From Octopus vulgaris (lineage: Eukaryota), in assembly GCA_951406725.2 (NCBI GenBank), contig OX597821.1, positions 81,158,001 through 81,222,000 of the forward strand: a stretch of 64,000 nucleotides of DNA. The letters run 5' to 3'. Below, in pieces: positions 12,527 to 26,188 of this stretch. Position 1 is the first letter of the stretch; each line of letters starts with the position of its first letter. The notes under the pieces are model-generated. The model was given only the letters and a program-made list of their open reading frames with translations. It was not told where the DNA came from and did no database searches. A program made the translations under genes and the position numbers.

Positions 12527-13614
12527 CACTATGTGATCAAAGGTATCTGGATCCCCACCTGATAATGAAGTACAAGTTTGGGCCACCCTCCATTGGGAAC
12601 ACTGGCAGTCAATACAGTGTTGGCCCACTCTTAGCCTTGATGAGAGCCTCCACTCTTGCTGGTCTACTTTCAGTCAAGTGGTGAAAGGTTTCCTGGGGAA
12701 TGGCAGCCTATTCTTCACAGAGCACCAAGATGAGCATAGGTATCGATGTGAGTTAGTGTCATCTAGCATGAGGTCAGTGTTCTAAGACATCCCAGAGATG
12801 TATGATGGGATTTCAATCAAGACTCTGCACAGGCCATTCCATTAGTGAGATGTTGTTGTTGTCAAACCATTCCCCTACAACCTCTGTGGTATGGACAGAT
12901 GCTTGGTGTGTTTTAAAATACACAATGGTCATCCCTGACCCGGTCTTCGACAGTAGGCAACATGAAAGGGGTTAAAATCTCAGAGTAAGTTTGTGCCATG
13001 ACAGTGCCACATAAAGCAATAAGAGGGCAGAGCCCCATCCAGGAGAGACATGACCACACCACGATCCCACTACTGCTGAATTTCATGGCACTATACAGGC
13101 TGGTGTGTATCATTCACCAGGCATTCACCACACCCACACCCTACCATTGGATCACCACATTGTATACCATGATTCATCATTCCACATGACAAATTTCCAC
13201 TGTTCTATAGCCCAGTTACGATGCTCTTTACACCACATGAGGCGGCGTAGGGTATTTGTCTGTGTGATGTGTGGCTTGTGGGCAGCTGCTCTTCCATGGA
13301 AACCAAGTTTCTACACCTCACGTTAAAGAGTTGTGGTGTTTTGAGTAGATCCTGCTGCAGTTTAGAATTCCTGTGTGATGGTGGTGAGGAGTGGGAGACG
13401 ATTATGCTGTACAACCCTCTTCAGTGTCTAAGGGTTAACATCGGAGGTCAGCTCAAATGCTTTGGGGTTGTACATGTCCCTTTATGCATCTACTTCATTA
13501 TTACATCAGAAACAGTGGACCTAGGCTATTTTCAGGAGGGTGGAAATCTCACACACAAGCTTATTAGACAAATGGTACTTAACTACATTGAAAGTCCATT
13601 AGTTCTGTACCCAT
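12527..13614 (-). mobile_element. Tc1-family DNA transposon fossil (disrupted transposase ~12609-13614)
   Basis: TA plus terminal cactatgtgatcaaa at 12527. Minus-strand fragments MGTELMDFQ, STVSDVI, GIVVWSCLSWMGLCPL and EWPVQSLD.NPIIHLW correspond to Tc1 GSVMVWG and WP.QSPDLNPIEHLW. Second TIR not seen. Confidence 0.85.
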
Positions 13615-13803
13615 ATATGCATGTATATATACATATATATGTAGGTATGTACATATATGTATGTAATATATGCATATATATATATTTATGTATGCATAAA
13701 TATATTTATGTATGCATATATATTTATGCATGCATATATATTTATTTATATCATTATATGATCGAACGCCATACATCCTTTTCCAAATAAGTTTTATACA
13801 TAC

Positions 13804-13836
<33 letters not shown>

Positions 13837-16779
13837 GATATATATATATATGATGGGCTTCTTTCAGTTTCCATCCACCAAATCCACTCACAAGGTTTTG
13901 GTCGGCCTGAGGCTATAGTAGAAGACATTTGCCCAAGGTGCCACACAGTGGGACTGAACCCGGAACCATGTGGTTGGTAAGCAAAGGAAACACATTACCC
14001 TCTTAACATAAAGTTAATCTGATATGATTTAATGGGAAAGTTATGATCCACTTGCAACTGTATCAAAGCTCCAACAAGTCTCACTATTCTTTCCTGTTGC
14101 TGTAATATTATAGTGACTCATCATCATCATCACCATCATTTTAAGATCCACTTTTCCATGCTCATACAGAACAGACAGAGTTTACTGAGGCAGATTTTCT
14201 GTAGTGGATGCCCCCCCCTGTTGCCAAACATCACCTGTCTTCAAGCATAATAGGCTAGACATGTTTTTGTAGAATATTGCAAATAAATGACACTGCTTGT
14301 ACAATGGTGACACCTTTTTACTGCCATTATGTGATATCAAGACAAAGAGACAGTATCACATATGCACACTTACATACACATGCACACACACACACACACA
14401 TACACACACGCACACAAACACAGACACACAAGTTTGTTTCCCAATCACATGTTTCTAGGTTCAGTTCCATTGCATGACACCTTGAGCAGGTGTCTTCAAC
14501 TAGCCTTGTGAGTGGATTTTGCAGATGGAAACTGAAAGAAGCTTATCATGTGTGTGTGTGCATGCACGCATGCATACATGTGTGTGTGTACATGCATGCG
14601 TGAATATGTGTGTGTTTGTGTGTGAGTCTTTGCATTTATCTCCTGCAACAGCTTTACAACCAAAGTTGGTTTGTTTACTGCCCTGTAAGTAAGCAGTTCA
14701 GCTAGAGAGACCAATAGTATAAGCATGTGGTTTAAAAAATATAAGTCCAAGGGTTGAATCATTCAACCAAATCCCTCCTTCAAGGCAGTACCTCAACATA
14801 TACATGGGTTCCTTTCAGTTTCCATCTATCAAACTCACCCACAAGGCCTTGGTGAGCCTAAGGTTACAGTAGAAGACACCTGCCTAAGGTGCCGTGCAGT
14901 GGTACTGAACTCAGAACCCTGTGGTTAGGAAGCAAACTTCTTAAGCACACAGCCTGCCAGTGCCTATTACTCCAGAATAAAATTATGTAAGCATCAATAC
15001 TTTAATCTAATCAGCCTAAAAAAATGCCTTGAGTACCCTAGGTTTCTCCCTCTTGTAGCCACATCTAAATCATGATATTGAAAAAATGCAATTAGACTGC
15101 TACTAAACTATATTTGTGTAGAGTACAGCTCACCTCTCCACAATTACTTAAATGTTTTTAATCATGTACACTGATTATAACCAATTAGTGACTGTCAAGT
15201 TGTTGTACATAAAACACAATGAAAAATTTTGAAAATTTGGTGCATCTAACACCATTTTATTTCTACCAGTTACAATTATTGAATTTCCACCAATCAAGAA
15301 AACCCTATTAGGTCACATGATTACAGAGTTAAAACTATCATTTTTCAACCAATAGAATGACTATCTTTTGTACACATGAGCAATTTTACCACTCCTTTCA
15401 ACCTTAAGAGTTTGAATTTGTCATTTTGCTTAGAGATTGTCATGGATTCACCCAAACTCTTGCCAAATGCCTAGACAGATAAGAACAATTATTTCACACA
15501 TCTCTTGTTCTTTCTCTTTCACATATTCATAGAATGGGAAGCATGTTCAAGCTTGCAAAAAAAACTCAGAGACAGAAAGGAACATATTACACACTGACAA
15601 TCTTTCCCCCCCCACTCTCTCTCTTTCTCTCCCTCTGAGCTAACTTACACAAATATAAAGACTCATACAACATCTTTATGTAAGAACTCTTTTTTACAAT
15701 TCATTAATACTAGTCTTCTCACTTCAGGTTCTTCATTGGCCTATTAAGGTCAATTTAATTGCTTAACAAAATGAAAATAAGGTTGTTTATTAACATGCAG
15801 TCTACATCATATTATATTTATCCTTATTAACATCAAGTAAATCTTAGCATAAACAGTATCCATCAAATACTAAAAGAAATCTGGAAAGTCTCAATACAGA
15901 ATCTCCGAGGAAGATTCAATACATTTCCCTACAGAAGTATGACTTTGATATCAGAGATAATAAATAACCGAAGCCACTTAAAACCTTATTTCTTAAGCTT
16001 CAGTTGTATATCATTTTATCCCTAGACAGAAAATTAATATGCTAAAAAGTGCTCCACATATCTCTTCCTTGACATAACTAACCTAAATCAGAAATTGTTA
16101 TAAATAAAATGGGTACTTTTATAAAATGAGCCAGTCAATGGGTAGAATGTTGGTGAGTAACATTTTCATGAATTCTCCTTCTCAGTATCAGAGATGGTAA
16201 GTAGGTACCAAGGAATTGAATGACATTTGTTTTTTTTTGTTTTTTTTTTGTTTTGGTTTGTTCTTTGTATGTTGTCTAGTTTGTGTTTTTGTGTAGCAGC
16301 AGCACCATACCATATGTGGGAGAGCAGGCTTAACTCCCTAATGAAATTATAGGGGTGCAATATGACATATGGCATGTCTTTAAACCTAAATTTTTGGCAG
16401 GCAACTTTGCATGTCAATTTTCAAATTAGATATTATCAAAAGATTTACCAATGTCAAGGTCAATAACAAGCAACATTGCTCTTGCTAAAGTTTTTAAAGG
16501 GCAAGAGACCTCTAACATGGAGTTGGATACAGGATTTCCAGTAAATTTATCTCTACATAAAACCTAATGGTGATTGTTAAGAAAAAAGCAAAAGCAGATT
16601 CATTATCACTATCATCATTTAACATCCTCTTTTCCACACTTGCATTGGTCAGATGGAATTTGCTGTATCACATCTTGAGCAAGTGCCTTCTACTCTAGAT
16701 ACAGGCCAACCAAAGCCTTTTGAGTGGATTTGGTAGATAGAAAGTGAACAAAGATTGTTGTATGTATGGATGTAAATAT

Positions 16780-17373
16780 CATATCAGGACAATTCTCCCC
16801 GATGGCAACTACCCCCTAGGACAATTACTCCCCTTGTTTAATTATCTCCTCTCCAATAAATTAAGAAGTTTTAAATTCTCATCTAAAAGTGCAAATTATA
16901 TGCAATTCCTCACAAATATTGTATCACATTTATGTTTTCATAATGGTCAACTACATCATTAATACAGACTGAAACATCGAAATATTTCTTTCTAGAAATA
17001 ATCAGCAACAAACACATTTCATCAATATCAAAGTCTTTATTAGATTAAAAATAACACCATCAAAACATGAACATAAATTAAAACAAATATGCTTTGATCT
17101 CTTCTGGGCACCAATGTACAGTAGCAGTAGTCTTTCATGTTGTTCACTGACTGACCTTTCCTCTGAAAACAATCAGACGAATGATTTGATCTCCATAAAC
17201 AAATTATTTTCCTCCTGAAACTTATGAAAAATACACACATAAAGCACACCTTTCTCTAAGCTGCACACTTAATTTCCCAGGTAAAAAATAGCGGCTTATA
17301 CACAAAAAACATGGTACACATTGGGGAGTTAACTGCTTAGGGGTAATTGTCCTGTGGGTAAATCGCCCAGACT
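16780..17373. mobile_element. Non-autonomous TIR element with 9-bp TSD (MULE-like), inserted in a SINE
   Basis: tgtaaatat duplicated at 16771-16779 and 17374-17382; subterminal ggacaattactcccc / ggggtaattgtcc inverted motifs. Confidence 0.55.
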
Positions 17374-17428
17374 TGTAAATATAAATATGCAAGTGTGTAT
17401 ATGTTTGTGTTTCCTTGTCTTGACATCA

Positions 17429-17858
17429 TGTCATCATCATCATCATCATTTAACGTCCACTTTCCATGCTATCATGGGTTGGACGATTTGACTGAGGACT
17501 GGTGAACCAGATGGCTGCACCAGGCTCCAATCTGATCTGGCGGTTTCTACAGCAGGATGCCCTTCCTAACGCCAACCACTCCGAGAATGCAGCGGGTGCT
17601 TTTACATGCCACCGGCACAAGGGCCAGTGAGGCAGTACTGGCAACGGCCACACTCAAATAGTGTTTTTTACATGCCACCTGCACAGGAGCCAGTCCAGCA
17701 GCACTGGCAACGACCTCGCTCACAAGTTTTTTCACGTGCCAGTAAGGCAACGCAGGTAACGATCACACTCGAATGGTGCTTTTTATGTGCCACCGGCATG
17801 AAAGCCAGTTTATTGCTCTGGCAACAATCATGCTCGGATGGTACTCTTAGCGCTCCAA
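17429..17858 (-). mobile_element. RTE 3' UTR copy
   Basis: (cat)n-tttaacgtccactttccatgct..., same family as 858-1520. Confidence 0.8.
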
Positions 17859-17954
17859 ATGAATTTTATTCATTTCCAATATTCTGTAAAAGCATGGCTG
17901 GCCATGAGGAAACATTACTTTGCTAGATAATATTTTGTAAGCATCCTGAGAGAA

Positions 17955-18660
17955 ATGTTGGGCATAAGAAGCATTGGATGCAGTGTGCAGGAGAGACGAT
18001 TGCATTGGTACGGTCATGTACTAAGGATGGAGGAGGAGAGATGTGTGAAGTAGTGCCAATCCCAAACTGTTGAAGGAACCCGGGGTAGAGGTAGACCCAG
18101 GAAGACATGGGACGAGGTGGTCAAGCATGACCTTCGTACTTTGAGTCTCACAGAGGCTATGACGAAAGACTGAGACCTCTGGAGATATACTGTGACTTCG
18201 AAGACCCAACAAATGAAGTGAGTTCATGGCTTGCAGGATGGCCTACTGTGCTAACCTTGGATCATAGAGTGACCTGCTGTTCTTGAGGAGACCTGTTGAG
18301 TCAAGTTCGTCAACATCAAAACTTCGAATGGTAATTGTAGTTAAGACACCAGTGCTGGTGACAAGTAAAAGCACCGTTCGAGCGTAGCAGTTACTAGCAT
18401 CGCCTGACTGGCGTCCATGTCGGTGACATGTAAAAGCACCAACCGATCGTGGCCGTTTGCCAGCCTGCTCTGGCTCCTGTGCCGGTGGCATGTAAAAAAC
18501 ACCCACTTCACTCAAGGAGTGTTTGGCGTTAGGAAGGGCATCCAGCTGTAGAAACACTGCCAAATCAGACTGGAGCCTGGTGCAGCCTCCATGGCTTACC
18601 AAAACCCGGTCGAACCGTCCAACCCATGCTAGCATGGAAAACGGACGTTAAATGATAATG
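17955..18660 (+). mobile_element. RTE LINE 3' end (ORF C-terminus plus 3' UTR)
   Basis: SIGCSVQERRLHWYGHVLRM...GRGRPRKTWDEVVKHDL (RTE RL.W.GHV.RM and GRPRKTW motifs), then the UTR with GAT tail. Confidence 0.85.
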
Positions 18661-19229
18661 TATGTGTTCTGATATGGCCATGTAATGCATATGAATGATG
18701 ACTGTTACATCAAGGGGTGGCAATCTCTAATTGTAGAGAGAAAATGTGGAAGGAGGAGACTCAGGAAGTCACGGGATGAAGTGGTGAGGAAGAGTCTTCA
18801 TAAGTTGGGACTCACGGAGGGGATGAAAGGGGACCGAGACTTCTGACAGTTTGCTTTACTTGAAAAGACATGTCAAGCTAAATAAAAGCATAGTTGTTCT
18901 TGCATGTAGGCTTGTCCCCAGCATCCCTCTCAAACTGAACAGTCCTAATCTTGCAGGCCTGTGGGTACTGGAGCCACATAAAAAGCACCCATACTGGTGC
19001 CATGTAAATGCTCCCATGCCAGCGCTCAGTGCTGCAAAGAAAGCACCCAATACACTCTGTAAACTGGTTGGCATCAGGAAGAGCATCCAGCCACAGGAAC
19101 CATGTCAAAACAGACAATCAGAGCCTGGACAGTTTCTTCAGCTGGCCACCCCTGTCGAAAATTCCAAACCATGCCAGAATGGAAAACAGGTGTTAAATGT
19201 TAATAATAATAATGATGATGATGATGATG
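18661..19229 (+). mobile_element. Older RTE 3' end copy in tandem
   Basis: tatggccatgtaatgcatatgaat...ggaaggaggagactcaggaag...ggcatcaggaagagcatccagc...gatgatgatg. Confidence 0.7.
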
Positions 19230-19994
19230 TATGCGTGTGTGTGCATATGTGCACGTGTGCGTACACTTGAGTATACTCTAGTTTTGACAGCTTATGATGG
19301 TGGAAAACATGCATCATCATACAAGCAATGTTATTCATTTCCAGTCTTGCATGGAAAGCCTGTCTGGCCCTGGGAAATATTACTTTGAATGGAAACAGTT
19401 AAGGGTTAACAACTGGAAGGGCATCCAACTGTAAAAAAATATCTACCTAATAACCTTTCTCCAACCGATGCTAGCATGGAAAAACAGACATTAAAATTAT
19501 GATGATGATAAAAGCTGAGAGGAATCTGTCCATATATGCTGTTCTGGTTGATGTGTGAAAGAAGAGAATAAATAATGTAATTAATATTGGTCTCTACTTC
19601 TCTGATGGTTTTGCATTGTAAGTTAGCCCATCCTCTCCTGACAACTACATTTCTAGTTTAATTGTTACATTCTCTGCAATTGAACTTGATACATCAATTA
19701 TTAGCCCAGTTATGCTGCTCTTCTCACTCATGCAATAATAAACAGCCTATGCTGTTATAGTGAATGAAGGAGTATGTATGGAGTATGTATATCAGTGGTT
19801 CACAAACAATTTGAAGCAGAGTGCCTGCACACTTCTGAGTGAATAAAGATATGTTAGGACAATTGTGCATAAAGTAAGAAAGAAAAAGCATTAAAAATTT
19901 TACATATTTTAGCCATTAATTAATTGTAGGTAGGGAGACTGTATTTCATTATACAAATGAATTAATGAAATAAGGTATTCATGTCAGCATTTAA

Positions 19995-20426
19995 CCCTTT
20001 CGTTACTGCATTTATTTTGAGATGCTCTGTGTTTCTTTCAATTACTTTAACCCTTATGTTACCAACCCAGCTGAAACCGGCTCTGGCTCTCAATACAAAT
20101 GTCTTGCTTCCATAAGTTTTGAATTAAAATCTTAGTTACAATTTATGTTCCTAACACTAGCTGAATGATAACTAAGTTATTTTACTAAATTCTTTGATAA
20201 ATTTTAAATAATTGCTAGAAACACAGAGCATCTCAAAATAAATTCAGTAATGAAAAGGTTAAATATGACAAAGAATTTAGTAAAATAACTTAGTTATCAT
20301 TCAGCTAGTGTTAAGGACATAAATTGTGACTAAGGTTTGGTGGAGGATTTTAATTCAAAACTTATGGAAACAAGACATTTGTACTCAGAGCCAGAGGCGG
20401 TTTCAGCTGGGTTGGTAACGAAATTT
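19995..20426. mobile_element. piggyBac-like MITE containing an inverted copy of itself (inner copy 20051-20258)
   Basis: TTAA|cccttt.gttac termini; TTAA at 19991, 20047, 20259 and 20427; inner copy is the reverse complement of the reconstructed outer copy. Confidence 0.8.
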
Positions 20427-20739
20427 TTAATATGTATGTACCAGTTGCCAGGAATGTGTTTGATATGGTTTACCCAACTGTGTTACATTGTTCCATTTGG
20501 TGGCCAGTCAAGCAATGTGTTCATGGATCGTTAATAGTTTCGGTGATGTTGAAGAAGGAGCAAGAACAGAAATATGCATATACACCCATAACAACCTATT
20601 TTCTCTCTCTTTGATTACATTGTTTACATATGTATTCATATAGGAAATATCCTAACTTCCGGTACTGGCCCTAGTTTCTATTGAAAATATGTAGAGATAA
20701 CTTTTAAAAGTTTAATCACTAAATATAAATGATTTAAAA

Positions 20740-20915
20740 TACACAACTTTTTAATAATACCTTGCTAAAAGGCCTTAGAGATCTACAAGGAGTAGATGTG
20801 AGTTTGTTCAAAGAAAATTTAGATAAATTTTTATCTGGGATATCAGACAAAGTCACATCATGGCAAGAAATGCAAAGAAGAGCAGCTTTTCCAACTCAAT
20901 ACTTCACTATTCTGG
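20740..20915 (+). mobile_element. CR1-type LINE 3' fragment
   Basis: QLFN...GLRDLQGVDVSLFKENLDKFLSGISD resembles CR1 C-terminal FK..LD.FL..VPD. Confidence 0.55.
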
Positions 20916-21779
20916 AAATAGGACTGGGAAATGAGTCTTAAATAAACAAGTATTAATATTAAAGGCAGTGCTCCAGCATGGCCACAGCCCCTGGATGAAA
21001 CCAATAAAAGAAAAAAGAAAGAAAAGAAATACTTTTTTATTCAATAAATGTGGCCAGTTATCAAGACTTTTATACTTATTAAGATTCTATATTTAAAATT
21101 ACAGTTTGTGCTTTCCAAATTTTTTAGAAAATAATTATAGTTTTTCAGCATCTTACAATAAACTGCTTTTGGGAACACTATTTTATGGGGTCACTTAACT
21201 CAATAGGCACCACAGTCAAATCATCTGGAGAAAAAAATTAAAGAGACTGATAATATAGTCATATAAATACTATATCTGAAAACATGATGGAATGGTCGTG
21301 GCTGGGAGGAGGCTAAAACAACAATAGCCTATGCTTCATTACACATCAAAAACAGTTTTAACATCTTTTCAGTTGATCTTTGAACACTCCTGTAATACAC
21401 GCTCTTTAAGACCTAAAACATATCTGAGACTTTCGAGCAGAAAATAAAAAATCTGATACTTTAGTCATTGCAAATGACTATCCTATTTCCTTCGTAAGAT
21501 ATAGGGCAAAATATCCTTAATATATGTGTGTGTGTATATATGTAAGTATGTATATAATGTATATGTGTGTGTGTGTCCGTGTGTGTTCGTGTGTGTGTTA
21601 AAACTAACTACTATATTAAGTAATTAAATTAATCACATGTTCTTCCTTAGCTGTTAGACTTACTATATAAAATAACAAACAACTCCTATTTAGAGATATA
21701 AATAAACAAACAATTTAGCATTCTTTCATCTAATTAATGAAGCAATTTGGTAGAAAAGAATACAGGACCTTGATACCAT

Positions 21780-22080
21780 CAGGAAAATGGCCATGCTCAA
21801 AATGCAAAATAGGAGTAGATAGAAATTCCATACAGTGTACCTTATGTGACCTATGAGGGCACAAAAGGTGTAATGGAATCAAAAGCAGGTTGACAGTGAA
21901 TAGAGACTTTACTTGTAGTAGGTGTACAAGAGTAAGTAGCCCTCAGAGCAGTGGTAAAGTAAATTCTTTGCAAGACTCAGAGGGCTTTATAGATGCAGTT
22001 GGTAGCTTCTCTTATATATTCAGCAGAGGCTATAGTCATAAAGGTAGAAAGGATAGAGTGGGAAGACAGTGCAACTGAGG
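21780..22080 (+). mobile_element. RTE ORF fragment with Cys/His finger
   Basis: SIQCTLC...HKRCNGIKSRLTVNRDFTCSRCT...IDAVGSFSY. Confidence 0.55.
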
Positions 22081-22099
22081 GTTAAAACATGTAGCATAT

Positions 22100-22265
22100 T
22101 TATTTCTTTATTGCCCACAGGGGGCTAAACATAGAGAGGACAAACAAGGACAGACAAAGGGATTAAGTCGATCACATCGACCCCCATGCGTAACTGGTAC
22201 TTGTTTAATCAACCTCAAAAGGATGAAAGGCAAAGTCAACCTCAGCGGAATTTGAACTCAGAACA
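22100..22265 (-). mobile_element. SINE family B (MetaSINE-like domain), partial
   Basis: Reverse of ctttgcctttcatcct...taagtaccagttacgca; same family as 53225-53458. Confidence 0.7.
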
Positions 22266-22844
22266 TGTTGCCTTGTTTTTTAAAGTATTTGAACTGTTGC
22301 AAACTCATCTTGAAAATTTGATGCAGCTCATTTGTGAAACTATCACCCGAGTGACCATTTCCTTTCATACACTCAGGATTAGGAAAACAAGTACCAGTAA
22401 TATACTTGGAAATGTTCAAGCAATTCTCTATCAGTTCAGGTCAGGTATGGGGGTCACGTGCTGTTACAGTGCATAGCTAGATTCACCATTTGTTAGTGAT
22501 TCTCTATTCCTGAAGGATGACCCCTTTGCAGCACTCAAGTGGCAACCCTCTAATCCATGGGTCAGTTTGGGTATTCATTGCTGATGAGGAATTCTTTATG
22601 AGGTCAAAGAGCAAATCGTACCTCAACCGCTTTTAGTCTCTTTTTATGATGTACAGAGGCAACGCTGGGTCTAATCTTTGGCTTGTCAATCCAAACACCA
22701 TACAGCACTCTATCTTCTTACAAAATTTTCATTTCTGCTAGTTATAAGCAATCATTATCTTTCTCACATGAAGTCGGTGCCACAGTGTTCATAACTTGTG
22801 TTTGAATCATATTTGAAGCTATTTCACTTTACATATTCTTTTCT

Positions 22845-23245
22845 TTCTTTTACTTGTTTCAGTCATTTGACTGTGGCCATGCTGGAGCACCGCCTTTAGT
22901 CGAGCAAATCGACCCCGGGACTTATTTTTGGAAGCCCAGTACTTATTCTATCGGTCTCTTTTGCTGAACCGCTAACTGACGGGGACGTAAACACACCAGC
23001 ATCAGTTGTCAAGCAATGCTAGGGGGACAAATACAGACATACAAACACACACATTCATACATATATATATATATATATACATATATACGACAGGCTTCTT
23101 TCAGTTTCCATCTACCAAATCCACTCACAAGGCATTGGCCAGCCCAGGGCTATAGCAGAAGACACTTGCCCAAGATGCCACACAGTGGGACTGAACCTGG
23201 AACCATGTGGTTGGTTAGCAAGCTACTTACCACTCAGCCACTCCT
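22845..23245 (-). mobile_element. SINE family A, full length
   Basis: Close reverse match to 36270-36654. Confidence 0.85.
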
Positions 23246-23344
23246 TGATTATACCCTTTAAAGATAGTGTCAGTGTCACAACTTCTCATTTCTTTACTCT
23301 AAAATAAATCTCATCCTTCCTGCTGTTCTTATAAAAATATTAGT

Positions 23345-23667
23345 GAAAGCATATGGCTTAGTGGTTAGGGTATTTAGCTCACCATCCAATGGTTGTGAGT
23401 TCGATTCCCTGTGGTGCATTGTGTCCTTGAGCAAGACACTTTATTCCACATTGCTCCAGTCTACTCAGCTGACAAAACTGAGCTGTATGCGTAATGCAAA
23501 GAGCCAGCATTGTCACATTCTGTGTCACACTGAATCTCCCTGAGAACTACATTAAGGGTACGCATATGTGTGGAGTGCTCAGCCACTTGCCCATTAATTT
23601 CATGAGCAGGCTCATCTGTCAACCAGATTGACTGGAACTCTCATCATCGTAACTGATGAAGTGCCAG
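23345..23667 (+). mobile_element. tRNA-derived SINE family C
   Basis: A-box tggcttagtgg, B-box gagttcgattcc, then tgtgtccttgagcaagacacttt. Other copies near 30062-30385, 34590-34752, 37685-37990, 42150-42355, 62690-62840 and 63290-63510. Confidence 0.75.
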
Positions 23668-24979
23668 CTTTATAAAAATACAAGAAACCATTATATTGTA
23701 TGTGTCTTGGATGGGTCATTAAACCAACAAGTACATGCACTGGTACTATTTCAGTTCTTTATTTTAATTAGTCAAGTGGCTAACCTTTTAACCAATCATC
23801 TAATCGATTGTTTGATTAATTGTTCAGTCAATCAATCAATCAATCAGCTAGGTTTATCAAAGCCCTTTCGTTGCCATTCATGACCTCATCAATGATACAC
23901 CTCTCTACTCCAAGTCTGCATGAATTATTTTACAAACCATGACAGGAGGTGTCCCATTGTGTTAAATAGATATAAAATAAATTTCTCTCCCTGGATAGAA
24001 TGCCAATTTTTTTATATGTAATTTTATCCTTAAAGTTCTGCAATCTGTTCCTCACATCAAAGTAAACTAAGACAACAGAATAACGTTTGATCCAAAAGCA
24101 CAAGAACATACTCACAATGGGTTTTGATCTCACTAATTTCTCACAAGTTAGTAATCAAATACCTTGACCAAACAATCTACATTACAGATATCTACATTTC
24201 TTATGAAGAAACAAACAAAAAAAAAAAGGTTGGGGTATATTTGACATCTAATATGCTTCATTATATTTCAGATCACAGGTTTATATATCATCTCAAATTT
24301 CAGAATGTTGAATTTATGTTAATAGAAGCTGACATTTAGAGGTTTTTTATTTATTTATTTATTTTTTTGACTGAGTATGGCATGAGGGTAGCATAGCAGG
24401 ATGTCCTTCAATAGGGAAAGGTCAGAAAAGGACAATAAAATATTTGTTGGGTGGACATTACAATGTAACGAACAATACAGAATAGAATTAATTTTGTCAA
24501 TTTTAATTGCATTTTTTGTTTATTTTTCCAGGGTTCAGTTAAAGTTTTGAAACTTCAAAGGAACTAAAGTCTACGAAATAGTAAAATATGCAGTGACCTT
24601 TTGAGCAGGAATGAACTTTACACTGAAAACTTTATTGTTTTTCTCACAGCAGAGTGTAGCAGCATAAATAATAATAATAATAATAAACAGAAACATTCCT
24701 GTTAATAATTTAAGTCCTTAACTTCAATTGTTATTTTTTCTCGAATTTTCCAAACACAAAAACTTAACAAATGAAATTACACAAAGTCTGGTTAAATGTC
24801 TGACATGAGTGTTGCTAGTAAAATTATAATTCCCCAAGTTAGTAGTCCAGATGTATTTACCCAGACATCATCCATATGCAATACATGTCTGTACTAATGT
24901 AATCATTTCTCGTCTACACTTACAACCAATTCTTTGTGGTTTTTCTTTCAGTTCATGTTTACTAACTTTACACTTTAAG

Positions 24980-25980
24980 CGTTTTTGAGACATTTAAAAA
25001 ACATTTTTCACACATCTTCTGCATTTCATTACCATGCAGTCTCATAGTTTGTACGTAAGCATCATACAATCTGCCCTTCAATCAAAGAGGGAATCTTCTT
25101 GTTCTCAGCAGCACAAATAACTCTCTGAACTTTTCCCATCTATTCTTATTCTGGTGATTATACTCTCAGAACATCCCCCCCCCACCACTGCTAATTAGGT
25201 CATCTAGGTAACGGAAACTATCATCTACTTCTGTAGAGCTGTTTGAACAATGGAAGGAATTTATTTTACTGGTGCTCTCTGACAACTAACTACTTCTGGT
25301 AGCTTGCTCATACTAAGTCTTTATTTACTGTCAGCCTACCTTTGATTCCATTATACATCTTGTGCACCCAGAGATTACATTAAGTACATTATGAAATTTA
25401 TACCTTTTCTTTTCCTATGTATTGAGCACAGCCATTTTAGTAGCAAGATCCAGTCTGCTTTCCTACTTACTAAAAATTTAATATTCACTAAAGTTTACTT
25501 TAGACTCATCAATTCTAGGTTTTGTTTTCATATCTGTGAATTTTATTTCTAAATTTTCTACAGTCCCTGCTGTAGGAACTGGATTATCAGCATTTAATAG
25601 TTCCCATGGACATTTGGTCTTACACTTTTCTGTCATAGCTTGGAAAACTATAATTAATAGGAGTGGGGTCTAAGATCTGAGTCTTGATAAACACCTACTT
25701 GTACACAAAACAAAACTCATCACTAAACTCACTTTATTGACTACATTTCTCTATGTCGCTTGCACTGCTTTCTCAAGTCAGTCATTTACTCCTGGGCTAT
25801 AGATTGTGGTACCCAGTCAAAGACCTTCATCAGATCAATGAATGTTAGATAGAGGAGCTTATTCTCAGCTCAAAACTTCTTCAGGTATCTCATCAGGAAG
25901 AGAGCATCAGAAGTACCCAACCTGATATAAATTCAAACTGCATCTCATCTAAGCTGATTTTTTTTCCTAATAAACTGTGC
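24980..25980 (-). mobile_element. Decayed RTE LINE RT region
   Basis: Minus-strand LYLTFIDLMKVFDWVP (F.DL.KAFD.VP) and EVDDSFRYLDDLISSGGG...SESIITRIR...KFREL...KGRLYDAYV. Confidence 0.7.
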
Positions 25981-26188
25981 TAAACTTTGTTTTTATCTTG
26001 GGAGGGTCATTATGCCAATAATAAACACACTCACTGGTTCTATTTCACTGACCCTCTAAAGATACTACAAAATCTGTTTCAATACACAAATTCGCATCAG
26101 AGATCTTACAATCTGTTATATCCTTACACCTCCAATATCGTAGTATGGTTGACATTGCTGATGATCGATAAAGAATATACTGTAACAG

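Noticed and set aside
16100-16600. SHIWYGAA...LDNIQR peptide (similar to 45650-45750)
   Set aside because: Short LINE RT C-terminal scraps, not host genes; too decayed to bound.
22575-22720. CTGATGA string suggesting a further hammerhead
   Set aside because: Could not place a matching GAAA and helices with confidence.
23345-23420. tRNA-like A/B boxes here and at 36270 and 33750
   Set aside because: SINE heads continuing into repeat bodies; no complete cloverleaf.
15860-24180. Scattered minus-strand splice-like sites (near 16021, 21411, 24115)
   Set aside because: Candidate exons hit stops quickly and do not chain into a gene model.
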